A stretch of DNA of 61,392 bases, taken from positions 1 through 61,392 of the forward strand of contig DEWP01000017.1 in assembly GCA_002363735.1 (NCBI GenBank). The letters are read 5' to 3'. Origin of the DNA: Bacillales bacterium UBA3207 (GTDB lineage: Bacteria; Bacillota_I; Bacilli_A; RFN20; CAG-826). The notes below the pieces were generated by a model that searched no databases, was not told where the DNA came from, and was given only the letters and a program-made list of their open reading frames with translations. Below, piece after piece: positions 1-9,402 of this stretch. The translations under genes were made by a program, and so were the position numbers. How positions within the stretch are numbered: position 1 is the stretch's first letter; every line of letters starts with the position of its first letter.

Positions 1-729
1 AAGCTCATGGTTATCGTTGGTTAGCGGCGTTTCTACAAAGAAAATATGGTGTAATTATGTCCCCTGAATATGTTTATAGATGTAGAAAATATGCAGGAGT
101 TATATGTGAATCAAAGCATTATAAATGGAAGAAGCCTGGTGAAAGTAGCTATATCTACGACAATCTCATATGGAATAACTGGAACGCATCTAAGCCATTA
201 GAAATAATAGTGTCGGATATGACAACATTTTATTCCAAAGGAATCTATTATGAATTAACGTTATATTTCGACACATTCAATCGAGAAATCGTTGGATTTG
301 GATTAACTGATCGAAAAGGCGATATAAAACCATATTTTGAAGGGTTAGAACAAGTTATAGGCCTTATAAAAGAAAAAGAACAAACTGGCTCATCTACTTT
401 GCATACAGATCAAGGCTCGGTTTATTCTTCTGAAGCCTATAACAAGCTTCTATCTAATAATAACATTATTCATTCAATGTCTCGAGCAGGAACTCCGACA
501 GACAATCCAATAGATGAATCTCTCAATGGTTGGATTAAGGATGAGTTATTTATCGACTTCAATTTGAAGAAGTGTGATGATGTTTTATCTTTGATAAGAA
601 ATTACATCAACTATTACAATTATGAACGTCCAATGTATTGCCTTAAATACAAAACCCCACATCAGTATAAATCTGACATGGGGTATTGAGGCTCTTTTTT
701 GAACTGTCTACTTTTCGTTGACTAGTTCA
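1..729 (+). mobile_element. 3' part of an IS3-family insertion sequence, truncated by the window start; right end at 729
   Basis: Carries an rve-type DDE integrase ORF. Ends in ...CTGTCTACTTTTCGTTGACTAGTTCA, with the terminal CA-3' typical of IS3-family right inverted repeats. Confidence 0.85.
3..689 (+). CDS. IS3-family transposase OrfB (5' partial)
   Basis: Frame is open back to the window start (AHGYRWLAA..., HTH_21-like). DDE core: VSDMT, LHTDQGSVY, SMSRAGTPTDNPIDES; YNYERP tail. Confidence 0.92.
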   Translation, partial: AHGYRWLAAFLQRKYGVIMSPEYVYRCRKYAGVICESKHYKWKKPGESSYIYDNLIWNNWNASKPLEIIVSDMTTFYSKGIYYELTLYFDTFNREIVGFGLTDRKGDIKPYFEGLEQVIGLIKEKEQTGSSTLHTDQGSVYSSEAYNKLLSNNNIIHSMSRAGTPTDNPIDESLNGWIKDELFIDFNLKKCDDVLSLIRNYINYYNYERPMYCLKYKTPHQYKSDMGY

Positions 730-747
730 AATAGAGGCCTTTTTTGA

Positions 748-753
748 TATAAT
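748..753 (+). promoter_or_regulatory. -10 box 6 nt before the helicase GTG (putative leaderless promoter)
   Basis: TATAAT-ctattc-GTG, with no SD sequence. Confidence 0.55.
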
Positions 754-759
754 CTATTC

Positions 760-3099
760 GTGGCAAAATACGAATTAAATTTATCTGTCCATCAACTCGT
801 CGATTTTTTACTTCGAACTGGTGATATTGATAACCGCATTTATAACCAAGATACAATGAACGAAGGATCTCGCCTTCATTCTATTTATCAAAATAAACAA
901 GGTCGACATTATATGTCGGAATACCCTTTAAAAGAACGTTTTCATGAAGGAGATTTCGATATTGTTTTAGAAGGTCGAGCTGACGGAATCTTCTTTAACG
1001 GAGAAGAATATGTGATTGATGAAATTAAATCGACGATTGTTAACTTAGACGAATATTATCTTTCGCAAAAAGAGTGGCATCTAGGTCAAGCAAAATGCTA
1101 TGCCTTAATGTTTGCTCACGAAAGAAATCTCGAATTTATCAATATTCAACTAACTTATCTTCATCAATTAGATGGATCAAAGAAAATTCAAACATTTCGT
1201 TACAATGTAAATGAGCTTGAAGAAGATGTCCATTCTTTATTTAAAGAATACATCAATTTTTATATTTTCATTATTGAACGAACGATAAAGCGAAATGAAT
1301 CAGCAAAAAATCTCGAATTTCCTTTCGTTGATTTTCGTGATGGGCAACGACAAATGTCTAAATATTGTTATTCTGTTGCTCAAAACGGTGGAACGTTGTT
1401 TGTTGAAGCTCCGACCGGAATTGGTAAAACAATTTCGACTCTTTATCCATCAATTAAATCGTTTGCCAATGATGAAAATGAAAAAATCTTTTATTTAACC
1501 GCAAAAAATTCTGGTAAAGAAATGGCGTTTGAAACAACTAAGATTCTTCTAGAAAATGGTTTAAAAGCAACGCCAATTGTCATCACGGCAAAAGAAAAGA
1601 TTTGCTTTAATCCAGGCAAAGCCTGTAATCCTGATGAATGTCCATTTGCCAAAGATTATTATACAAACATTAAACGTGTTTTAATTGATTCGCTTAAGCA
1701 CTATGAAACATTTGATTTTCAAACAATTCAATCAATCGCTTCTCACTATGCGATTTGTCCATTTGAGTTTTCGTTAGATTTATCTTTATTTTCAGACATT
1801 ATTATTTGTGACTACAATTATTTCTTCGATCCAATCGTCTATTTAAAAAGATATTTTGAAGACGATGCTTCTAATAAAATTGTTCTAGTTGATGAAGCTC
1901 ATAACTTAATTGACCGCGCTCGAAAGATGTATAGTGTCTCGCTTTCTTATCGTCTTTATAAAAAAGTCCAACGTTCATTAAGCGGACTTGAACATAAGAA
2001 AATGAAAAACGCTTTAAAGCGTATTTCAAAACTCTTTAACGAACTAAAAGAATATGAAATCGGAGAGACTAAACTTCCTTATTTAGAACAAACTCATCTA
2101 AACGGAATGGAAGCATTCCTTCTCGCATCCAAAGATGTTTCTCGTCTACATCACGAATATGTCACAGATGAATTAAAAGATTTCTCAATGGAATTAAATA
2201 AATTCTTCCGTTTATATGATTTATTCGATGATTCTTTTGTTTTATATGTTTCAAAACAAAGTGATAAAGACCTTTCTTTAAATCTATATTGTCTTGACCC
2301 ATCAAATCATTTAAAGATGAGTTTTGACAAAGTCAAATCACGAACTATTTTCTCCGCAACACTTTCTCCAAGTGAGTATTACATTAAATCTGTTGGAGGA
2401 ACAAAAGAGGATCCATTTTTGCAACTTCCATCTCCATTTGACGAAACTCACTTAAAGATTATGGTCGCACCAAAAATCTCGGTTAAATATCAAAAACGAG
2501 ATCAAACTCTTCCTGAAGTTGCTTCTTACATTAAAAAGCTAGTTCAATCAAAGATTGGTAACTACTTTGTTTATGTTCCAAGCTATGAATATTTAGATAA
2601 ACTTTCTCCATTAGTGATGGATGAATCTTATGATGTTTTAATCCAGAATCGGGAAATGAGTGATGGGGACAAAGAAAACTTTTTAAGTGCTTTTGAAGAT
2701 AAACCAAAACGCACCAAAGTTGGTTTAGCCGTTGTTGGAGGAGCCTTTGGAGAAGGCATTGATTTAGTGAGCGAGCGTCTCATCGGAGTCGTTGTTATTG
2801 GAGTCGGAATTCCACAAATTTGTTATGAACGTAATCTCATTAGAGATTATTTTGATAAGGAAAACGGACAAGGTTATCTTTTTAGTTATGTCTATCCTGG
2901 CATGAACAAAGTCATGCAAGCAGTCGGAAGAGTAATCCGTAGTGAATCTGACCGCGGAATCGCTTTATTAATTGATGAACGCTACATGACAAAATCATAT
3001 CGCGAACTATTTCGTAATGAATGGTCAAACTATGCGGTGGTAACATCTTTAGAAGACCTTGAACAAGAATGCGAAAATTTTTGGAGAAATAACAAATAA
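760..3099 (+). CDS. PD-(D/E)XK nuclease fused to a DinG/Rad3(XPD)-family Fe-S helicase
   Basis: N-terminal GRADGI...IDEIKST and QAKCYA. Helicase motifs APTGIGKT, DEAH and QAVGRVIR. Four Fe-S Cys in ICFNPGKACNPDECPF...ICPF. Confidence 0.88.
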   Translation: MAKYELNLSVHQLVDFLLRTGDIDNRIYNQDTMNEGSRLHSIYQNKQGRHYMSEYPLKERFHEGDFDIVLEGRADGIFFNGEEYVIDEIKSTIVNLDEYYLSQKEWHLGQAKCYALMFAHERNLEFINIQLTYLHQLDGSKKIQTFRYNVNELEEDVHSLFKEYINFYIFIIERTIKRNESAKNLEFPFVDFRDGQRQMSKYCYSVAQNGGTLFVEAPTGIGKTISTLYPSIKSFANDENEKIFYLTAKNSGKEMAFETTKILLENGLKATPIVITAKEKICFNPGKACNPDECPFAKDYYTNIKRVLIDSLKHYETFDFQTIQSIASHYAICPFEFSLDLSLFSDIIICDYNYFFDPIVYLKRYFEDDASNKIVLVDEAHNLIDRARKMYSVSLSYRLYKKVQRSLSGLEHKKMKNALKRISKLFNELKEYEIGETKLPYLEQTHLNGMEAFLLASKDVSRLHHEYVTDELKDFSMELNKFFRLYDLFDDSFVLYVSKQSDKDLSLNLYCLDPSNHLKMSFDKVKSRTIFSATLSPSEYYIKSVGGTKEDPFLQLPSPFDETHLKIMVAPKISVKYQKRDQTLPEVASYIKKLVQSKIGNYFVYVPSYEYLDKLSPLVMDESYDVLIQNREMSDGDKENFLSAFEDKPKRTKVGLAVVGGAFGEGIDLVSERLIGVVVIGVGIPQICYERNLIRDYFDKENGQGYLFSYVYPGMNKVMQAVGRVIRSESDRGIALLIDERYMTKSYRELFRNEWSNYAVVTSLEDLEQECENFWRNNK

Positions 3100-3122
3100 A
3101 ATTGTTATAATACTCTCACTAT

Positions 3123-4931
3123 ATGAAATTTGACCGTGACCATATTCGTAATTTCTCAATTATTGCCCACATCGACCATGGTAAATCCACGTTAGCCGAT
3201 CGTATTTTAGAATTAACTGAATCCATCTCTAAAAGAGAGATGCATGAGCAATATCTTGATTCAATGGATCTTGAACGAGAACGAGGAATCACGATTAAGC
3301 TCAATGCTGTGACGATTAAATATCACGCCAAAAACGGTGAAACATATTTATTTAATTTAATCGACACTCCGGGACATGTTGACTTTACTTACGAAGTATC
3401 TCGTTCTTTAGCTGCTTGTGAAGGGTGTCTTTTAGTTGTTGATGCGACGCAAGGAGTCGAAGCCCAGACATTAGCGAATGTTTATCTTGCGGTCGATAAT
3501 AACCTCGAAATTGTTCCAGTAATCAATAAAATTGATTTACCTAGCGCAATGCCAGACGTTGTTAAAAATGAAATCGAAAAAAGAATTGGCATATCTTGCG
3601 AGAACGCTTGCGAAGTCTCAGCGAAGACCGGTGTTGGCGTTTCTAATGTTTTAGAGGCTGTTGTTAAATACATTCCATCTCCAAGAGGAGATGAAAAGAA
3701 GCCTCTCCAAGCATTAATCTTTGATTCATATTACGATTCTTATCGCGGTGTTGTTGTTTTAATTTGTGTAAAAAACGGTTCTGTTAAAGTCGGAGATAAG
3801 ATTCGCTTAATGGCCGCAAATAAAGAATATGTCGTCACCGAAGTTGGCATTCGAACACCAAAAGAAATCAAAGTTGATTCACTTTCAGCTGGTGAAGTTG
3901 GTTATCTTGCTGGACAAATTAAAGACATCCGTGATGTTGTTCCAGGCGACACAATCACACATGCTGATCAACCATGCGATAAACCTCTTCCTGGATACAG
4001 GAAGATGAACCCAATGGTTTATTGTGGTCTATATCCAGTTGATTCAAAAAAATATCTCGACTTAAAAGATGCATTAGAAAAACTCTCGTTAAACGATGCT
4101 TCTTTAGTCTATGAGGCTGAGACATCACAAGCTCTTGGTTTTGGCTTTAGATGTGGGTTTTTAGGTCTTTTACACATGGATGTCGTGCAAGAAAGACTTG
4201 AACGAGAATATGGTTTAGATCTAATTTTAACCGCTCCAAGTGTTATTTATCATGTTTATCTCCATAAAGGAGATATGATTAAACTTGATAACCCTTCAAA
4301 GCTTCCAGACATTACTTTAATTAAAGAAATCCAAGAACCTTTTGTGAAAGCGGAAATCATGACTCCTAAGGAGTATGTTGGACCGGTCATGGAATTATGT
4401 AAAGAGAGACGTGGTATTTATCACGATTTACAATATTTTGATGACACAAGAATGATTATTACTTATGAACTTCCTTTAGCGGAAATTGTTTACAATTTCT
4501 TTGATAAATTAAAATCATACACAAAAGGTTATGCTTCATTTGATTATGAATATAGCGGATATTACGCTTCTAATTTAGCGAAAATGGATATTTTGTTAAA
4601 CGGAGAAACTATTGATGCACTAAGCACAATTGTCTATAAGACAAATGCTTATGAAAGAGGTTCTGTTGTTGTTCGTAAACTCAAAGAAATTATTCCGCGT
4701 CAACAATTTGAAGTTCCTGTCCAAGCAGCAATTAACGGAAAGGTGATTGCGCGTGCGGATATTAAGGCTGTTCGTAAAGATGTCTTGGCAAAATGTTATG
4801 GTGGAGATATCTCCAGAAAACGTAAGCTTCTTGAAAAGCAAAAAGAAGGTAAAAAGCGCATGAAAGCAATCGGTTCTGTGGAAGTGCCTCAAGAAGCATT
4901 TATGAGCGTTTTATCGATTGATGATGAATAA
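3123..4931 (+). CDS. lepA: Elongation factor 4 (LepA)
   Basis: [55 protein letters not shown]. Confidence 0.99.
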   Translation: MKFDRDHIRNFSIIAHIDHGKSTLADRILELTESISKREMHEQYLDSMDLERERGITIKLNAVTIKYHAKNGETYLFNLIDTPGHVDFTYEVSRSLAACEGCLLVVDATQGVEAQTLANVYLAVDNNLEIVPVINKIDLPSAMPDVVKNEIEKRIGISCENACEVSAKTGVGVSNVLEAVVKYIPSPRGDEKKPLQALIFDSYYDSYRGVVVLICVKNGSVKVGDKIRLMAANKEYVVTEVGIRTPKEIKVDSLSAGEVGYLAGQIKDIRDVVPGDTITHADQPCDKPLPGYRKMNPMVYCGLYPVDSKKYLDLKDALEKLSLNDASLVYEAETSQALGFGFRCGFLGLLHMDVVQERLEREYGLDLILTAPSVIYHVYLHKGDMIKLDNPSKLPDITLIKEIQEPFVKAEIMTPKEYVGPVMELCKERRGIYHDLQYFDDTRMIITYELPLAEIVYNFFDKLKSYTKGYASFDYEYSGYYASNLAKMDILLNGETIDALSTIVYKTNAYERGSVVVRKLKEIIPRQQFEVPVQAAINGKVIARADIKAVRKDVLAKCYGGDISRKRKLLEKQKEGKKRMKAIGSVEVPQEAFMSVLSIDDE

Positions 4932-5022
4932 ATTTTTAGTAGCAAATCGGTAAATATTTAGTAAATCCTTATTGTAATAAGAATTCTCTTATGATAAAAT
5001 TTTGATATCAAGAGGTATCAAT

Positions 5023-6405
5023 ATGGCTAATGAAGACTTAAAAGTTCGTTTTACGGACAAAAGTTATGCAACTCGTCAAGATGTTGCTCGTGCTTTAGGA
5101 ACAAACCTAATTGACCCAATTTGGGCCAGTATTTTAGAGTATCGAAAAGGTTTTAATCAAAATCCAAATCTCGTTGATTTTACGAAGACTCCATACATGA
5201 TTTGTTGTAGCAAATTCATCCTGGAGAGAATCGCTGATGTAAACCAAAAAAACTACCACTTTAAAGAAATTTTTGAAAACACTCCAAATGACTCTCTTGA
5301 TTTTGAACGTGTCATGAATTCTTTAATGGGTGATATTTTAAAAAGTCTTGCTAAAGCCAATAATAAGCAACTTGATGATGTTTCTTTACGTAACATCTTA
5401 AAGAACCAAAACATTGATCCTCAATTTGCTTATTTACAAAGATATGTCGATGCATTCGATATTTTTGAAAGAAAGAACTTGGAAATTAACGAAGATCTTT
5501 TAGCTGAATTTTACGAAAAAATTACTGGAAACCCAGAATTATCAGAATTCTATCGAACAAGCGATCTTACTCAACAATCAAATATTTTAATTGGACGAGA
5601 ATATTCTGGTGCACCTCTTAATCTAATTGAATCCCAAATGGATCAACTTTTGCGTTTCATTGAACGTCGAGATTTACCTTTATTCGCTCGCGTTTCCACA
5701 GTTTGTTATCTCTTTAACTACATTAAACCATTCAAAAAATATAACTTTGAAATGAGTATGTTACTTTGTAAAAGCATGATCGTTAACGAACTTGGCGAAT
5801 ACGGAGCATATCTTCCAATCGAACATCTTTTAGTTGATCAACAATTACAAATCGGAACACTTTCAAAGGAAGTGCAACGAACTCATGATTTAACTTATGT
5901 GATCTCCATTCATTTAGATATTTTGTCTAAAACAATTGATGCCGCATCAAATGTTTTTGTTCACCAATCCATTCAACAAGTTCGTGAAGAATTTGAACAA
6001 GATATCCAATTGGTTAAAAAAGAAAATGAAGTTTCAAATGAAACTCCAAAGGTTAATCCACAACCAGTTATTCAACCAAAACCAGTTCTTCAAGAAGAAC
6101 AACCTAAAGTTCATTTTGATTCATTTAACATAGTCAATGAAAGTTCACTTAGTGAAAAAGAACTCCAAAAACTTACTCAAGAACTTTTGGAAACCGATCC
6201 AACATTAAAGAAAGGTCAAGCTCATTTCTATATTCGTCACCGTGAAAAAGGTCACTTCTATACGATTGAACAATACCGTAAATGTGAAGGCTGTGTTTAT
6301 GAAACTGCTCGAACATCAATGGATCACCTTGCACTAAGAGGCTATTATCGAAGAGAAAAGGTTAATAACAAGAAATTTGTTTATACCCCAATCTTTAAGG
6401 AGTAA
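5023..6405 (+). CDS. Fic-like protein with a degenerate active site and C-terminal winged helix
   Basis: Fic-like spacing, but IKPFKKYNFE replaces HPFxxGNGR. P/Q-rich linker, then YTIEQY..YETARTSMDHLALRG wHTH. ATG 5023 follows AGAGGT. Confidence 0.65.
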   Translation: MANEDLKVRFTDKSYATRQDVARALGTNLIDPIWASILEYRKGFNQNPNLVDFTKTPYMICCSKFILERIADVNQKNYHFKEIFENTPNDSLDFERVMNSLMGDILKSLAKANNKQLDDVSLRNILKNQNIDPQFAYLQRYVDAFDIFERKNLEINEDLLAEFYEKITGNPELSEFYRTSDLTQQSNILIGREYSGAPLNLIESQMDQLLRFIERRDLPLFARVSTVCYLFNYIKPFKKYNFEMSMLLCKSMIVNELGEYGAYLPIEHLLVDQQLQIGTLSKEVQRTHDLTYVISIHLDILSKTIDAASNVFVHQSIQQVREEFEQDIQLVKKENEVSNETPKVNPQPVIQPKPVLQEEQPKVHFDSFNIVNESSLSEKELQKLTQELLETDPTLKKGQAHFYIRHREKGHFYTIEQYRKCEGCVYETARTSMDHLALRGYYRREKVNNKKFVYTPIFKE

Positions 6406-6408
6406 AAA

Positions 6409-7374
6409 ATGATTCATCGTATTGCTGTTTTAACAAGTGGCGGAGATGCCCCAGGAATGAATGCTGCTTTAAGAGCAGTTATTCGTGCTGGACTTTACGC
6501 GAATAAAGATATGTTCGTCATTTATGACGGATTTCGTGGTTTACTAGAAGGAAATATTAAACAAGTCAACAAAGATTTCACCCAAGACATTATTAATCGA
6601 GGTGGAACAATTATTCGTTCGGCTCGTTTAAAAGAATTTAAAGAACTTGAAGTTCAAAAGAGAGCTGCACAAATCTTAAGAGATTACGATATTGATGCGT
6701 TAATTGGCATTGGCGGAGATGGAACTTACCAAGGATTAGCTGCTTTAGCTAAACAAGGAATTAAAGTTGTTGGAATTCCGGGCACAATCGATAATGATGT
6801 TGGTTCAACCGACCAAACCATTGGTTTTAATACCGCGTTAAATACAATCTGTGAATGTGTTGATAAATTAAAAGATACATCTAGTTCACATCAGAGATGT
6901 TCTTTAATTGAAGTTATGGGTCGACACTGTGGTGATTTAGCAATGTTTAGCGCTTTAGCTGAAGGCGCTGAAGGCGTCATTTGCGTTGAACACCCACTTA
7001 AAGAAGAAGTTTTATTTAAGAAACTTCGCGCGATGAAAGCGCAAAAGAAAGATCACGCCATCATCATTGTTTCAGAAAATTTACTTGATATTAATGAACT
7101 AGCAAAACGTATTGAATGCGAAACTGGTTTTACCACAAGAACTGAAGTTCTTGGAAGACTACAAAGAGGTGGTTCTCCATGTGCTGAAGATCGTATTTTA
7201 GCCGCGAGATTGTCTTCTCATGCGGTAAAACTTCTTGTTGAAAATCAAGTGGAAACTGGTCGAATTGTTGGTATTCGCAACAACAAAGTTGTTGATTATG
7301 ATATTAATGAAGCTATCGAAATGAAACACGAACATACTCATGGATTACGTGATTTGATTGATATGCTGCAATAA
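6409..7374 (+). CDS. pfkA: ATP-dependent 6-phosphofructokinase
   Basis: TSGGDAPGMN, GGDGT and PGTIDND (Gly at both ATP/PPi discriminating positions), EVMGRHCG. Confidence 0.97.
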   Translation: MIHRIAVLTSGGDAPGMNAALRAVIRAGLYANKDMFVIYDGFRGLLEGNIKQVNKDFTQDIINRGGTIIRSARLKEFKELEVQKRAAQILRDYDIDALIGIGGDGTYQGLAALAKQGIKVVGIPGTIDNDVGSTDQTIGFNTALNTICECVDKLKDTSSSHQRCSLIEVMGRHCGDLAMFSALAEGAEGVICVEHPLKEEVLFKKLRAMKAQKKDHAIIIVSENLLDINELAKRIECETGFTTRTEVLGRLQRGGSPCAEDRILAARLSSHAVKLLVENQVETGRIVGIRNNKVVDYDINEAIEMKHEHTHGLRDLIDMLQ

Positions 7375-7399
7375 GATAAAATCTAGTAGGGGAAAAATT

Positions 7400-7648
7400 A
7401 TGTTCATATTTGCTTCTGATTTATTACCATTATGGGTCCTTCTTGGTCTCTTAGGCTTTTTTGGTTTAATTGTTCTCGGCGTGATGCTGGCGAAAAACAA
7501 AATCAATTTCTTAAAAATTAAGAAACCTGAAATTGATGAAAAGCAAGCCGCGAAAGAAGAACTTGATCGCATCTTGGTGCCAATCGATGACGAAGAAATC
7601 CAAAAACAAATGGATGAAGCCAAAGAGCATGACGAATTCCATCAATAA
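7400..7648 (+). CDS. Small single-pass membrane protein, unknown function
   Basis: One hydrophobic N-terminal helix plus a charged tail. ATG follows AGGGG. Overlaps the hemW start. Confidence 0.7.
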   Translation: MFIFASDLLPLWVLLGLLGFFGLIVLGVMLAKNKINFLKIKKPEIDEKQAAKEELDRILVPIDDEEIQKQMDEAKEHDEFHQ

Positions 7649-8735
7649 ATCGCTTTATATTCATATCCCGTTTTGTGAACACCTTTGTCCGTATTGTGAC
7701 TTCACAAAACTTTTTTATTTGCCGAAATTCTCAAAACCTTATTTAGAATCTCTTTTCAAAGAGATAGATTCTTATAAACTATCTGATTTAGAAACAATCT
7801 ATATTGGTGGAGGAACTCCAACTTCTTTAAGTGATGAAGAATTTGAATCATTATTAAAGAAAGTTTCTCCATTATTAAAAATTGGTGGAGAATTCACTTG
7901 TGAAGCAAATGTTGAAAATTTAACTAAAGAAAAACTATCTTTAATGGCTTCTTATAGTGTGAATCGCTTATCGATTGGTATTCAATCCACCCACGATGAA
8001 AGACTTGCTGAAATCGGTCGTTTTCATTCTTTTAAAAAAGCTCAAGAAGTGATTCAACTAGCTTGTGAGATTGGATTTAAAAACATTAATGTTGATTTAA
8101 TGTATGGATTTCCTAACCAAAACATAGATGAGGTTATCTCTGATGTTAAAAACATCATTGCGTTAAATACAGAACATGTCTCAATTTATTCTTTGATCGT
8201 TTCCCCAGGTACTTTATTCTTTAATAAGAATATCAAAGAACAAAACAGTGATGAATCTCGTCGATTTTATGACACTATTCTTTCTTTAATGAGAGAAGCG
8301 GGTTTTGAACGATATGAAATCTCAAACTTTTCTAAACCTGGCTATGAATCCCGTCATAATCTTGTTTATTGGCATAACCAAGAATATTGTGGTGTTGGTT
8401 TAGGAGCATCCGGTTATTTAAATAACGTGCGTTATACGAACACGAAAAGTCTAAAGAAATATCTTCAAGGTCAATATATTGATGAAAAAGAAGAACTAAC
8501 ACCTCAATTACTCGAGGAAGATTATCTCTTAACTCATTTACGTCTTAAAGACGGCTTTTCTTTAGATGAATATCGTGAATTATTTCACGTAAAATTTGAT
8601 GAAAAATATTCCAAATTAATTTCTTCTTTAAATAAAAATAAATACGCGATTATTACTCCAAAATCATTTTATTTAACCGATGATGGATTGATGATCATGG
8701 ATGCAATTCTGTTAGATTTTTATAAACTTTTATAA
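7629..8735 (+). CDS. hemW: Radical SAM heme chaperone HemW (HemN-like)
   Basis: YIHIPFCEHLCPYCDF, GGGTP and HNLVYW (the HemW-type HNxxYW motif). Position upstream of hrcA. Confidence 0.92.
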   Translation: MTNSINKSLYIHIPFCEHLCPYCDFTKLFYLPKFSKPYLESLFKEIDSYKLSDLETIYIGGGTPTSLSDEEFESLLKKVSPLLKIGGEFTCEANVENLTKEKLSLMASYSVNRLSIGIQSTHDERLAEIGRFHSFKKAQEVIQLACEIGFKNINVDLMYGFPNQNIDEVISDVKNIIALNTEHVSIYSLIVSPGTLFFNKNIKEQNSDESRRFYDTILSLMREAGFERYEISNFSKPGYESRHNLVYWHNQEYCGVGLGASGYLNNVRYTNTKSLKKYLQGQYIDEKEELTPQLLEEDYLLTHLRLKDGFSLDEYRELFHVKFDEKYSKLISSLNKNKYAIITPKSFYLTDDGLMIMDAILLDFYKLL

Positions 8736-8747
8736 CAAAGTTATAAT

Positions 8748-8774
8748 TTAGCACTCTACCCACGAGAGTGCTTG
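8748..8774 (+). promoter_or_regulatory. CIRCE element upstream of the PH-domain gene
   Basis: TTAGCACTC-N9-GAGTGCTtg (consensus TTAGCACTC-N9-GAGTGCTAA), directly after TATAAT at 8742-8747. Confidence 0.85.
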
Positions 8775-8792
8775 TCTTCTTCTTCTTCTTCT
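8775..8792 (+). repeat. (TCT)6 simple sequence repeat
   Basis: Six perfect TCT units between the CIRCE and a second TATAAT (8792-8797). Confidence 0.9.
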
Positions 8793-8824
8793 ATAATGGA
8801 CGAGAAAGAAAGGAGAATGAATTG

Positions 8825-9241
8825 ATGGATAAAGTTGTAAAAACAGCCAGAATTGCTCTTGTACCACTTTTAATCAGAGACATTTTAGCAATGGTTATTA
8901 TTGTTGGACTTTTTTGGTTTTTCCGTGATCTACTTCGTTATGCTTCAAACAAAATTGTGCTCTATGAAGGACATATCGAAGGTAAAACTGGTTTAATTAA
9001 AACTAAGAAATTAAATAGTCCTCTTGATAAAGTGCAAAGCGTTTCAGTTTCTTCAGGATTGTTTGGTAAGATCTTTGGTTATGGAACTATTTCAATCACA
9101 ACAGCTGGTTCAATTGTCGCTTTCGACGGAATCAAAGGCGCCAATAAATTAAATGTTTTAATCAATGAACAAATTGAAAAAGCAGCTGAAGCAAAAATGG
9201 CTAAACAAGCTCGCCTTATGGCCGAAGCAATGAAGCAATAA
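8825..9241 (+). CDS. Bacterial PH (bPH_2, YdbS-like) domain membrane protein
   Basis: N-terminal TM helix, then GLIKTKKLNSPLDKVQSVSVSSGLFGKIFGYGTISITTAG. SD AGGAG at 8811. Confidence 0.8.
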   Translation: MDKVVKTARIALVPLLIRDILAMVIIVGLFWFFRDLLRYASNKIVLYEGHIEGKTGLIKTKKLNSPLDKVQSVSVSSGLFGKIFGYGTISITTAGSIVAFDGIKGANKLNVLINEQIEKAAEAKMAKQARLMAEAMKQ

Positions 9242-9263
9242 TTCTGATCAATTATTCCACTTT

Positions 9264-9290
9264 AGGCGGTGTGTCTAGCACCGTCTTTTC
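9264..9290 (+). terminator. Intrinsic terminator after the PH-domain gene
   Basis: AGGCGGTG-loop-CACCGTCT followed by a T-rich tract. Confidence 0.75.
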
Positions 9291-9356
9291 TTTATTTTTA
9301 TTAAATTTTTGAAATATTTATCTCATTAATGAGATATTTATAAATTTTTTAATTTT

Positions 9357-9383
9357 TTAGCACTTTAACGTTGACAGTGCCAA
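9357..9383 (+). promoter_or_regulatory. CIRCE 1 of the hrcA operon, containing the -35
   Basis: TTAGCACTT-N9-CAGTGCCAA; contains TTGACA at 9371-9376. Confidence 0.8.
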
Positions 9384-9398
9384 AAAACCAAATATAAT
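9371..9398 (+). promoter_or_regulatory. Sigma-A promoter of hrcA-grpE-dnaK-dnaJ
   Basis: TTGACA-16-TATAAT. Confidence 0.85.
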
Positions 9399-9402
9399 GT
9401 TG

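Noticed and set aside
760-1300. Cas4 or a type IV CRISPR (CasDinG) system
   Set aside because: The nuclease lacks the Cas4 four-Cys pattern, and no cas genes or repeat-spacer array are visible in the window.
8768-8824. Upstream start extensions given by the ORF track (also 5002, 7358, 7533, 9410, 10440, 12913, 32333, 40258, 46522, 56107, 59751, 61003)
   Set aside because: They run through CIRCEs, promoters or neighbouring genes; downstream starts fit SD position or family N-termini better.
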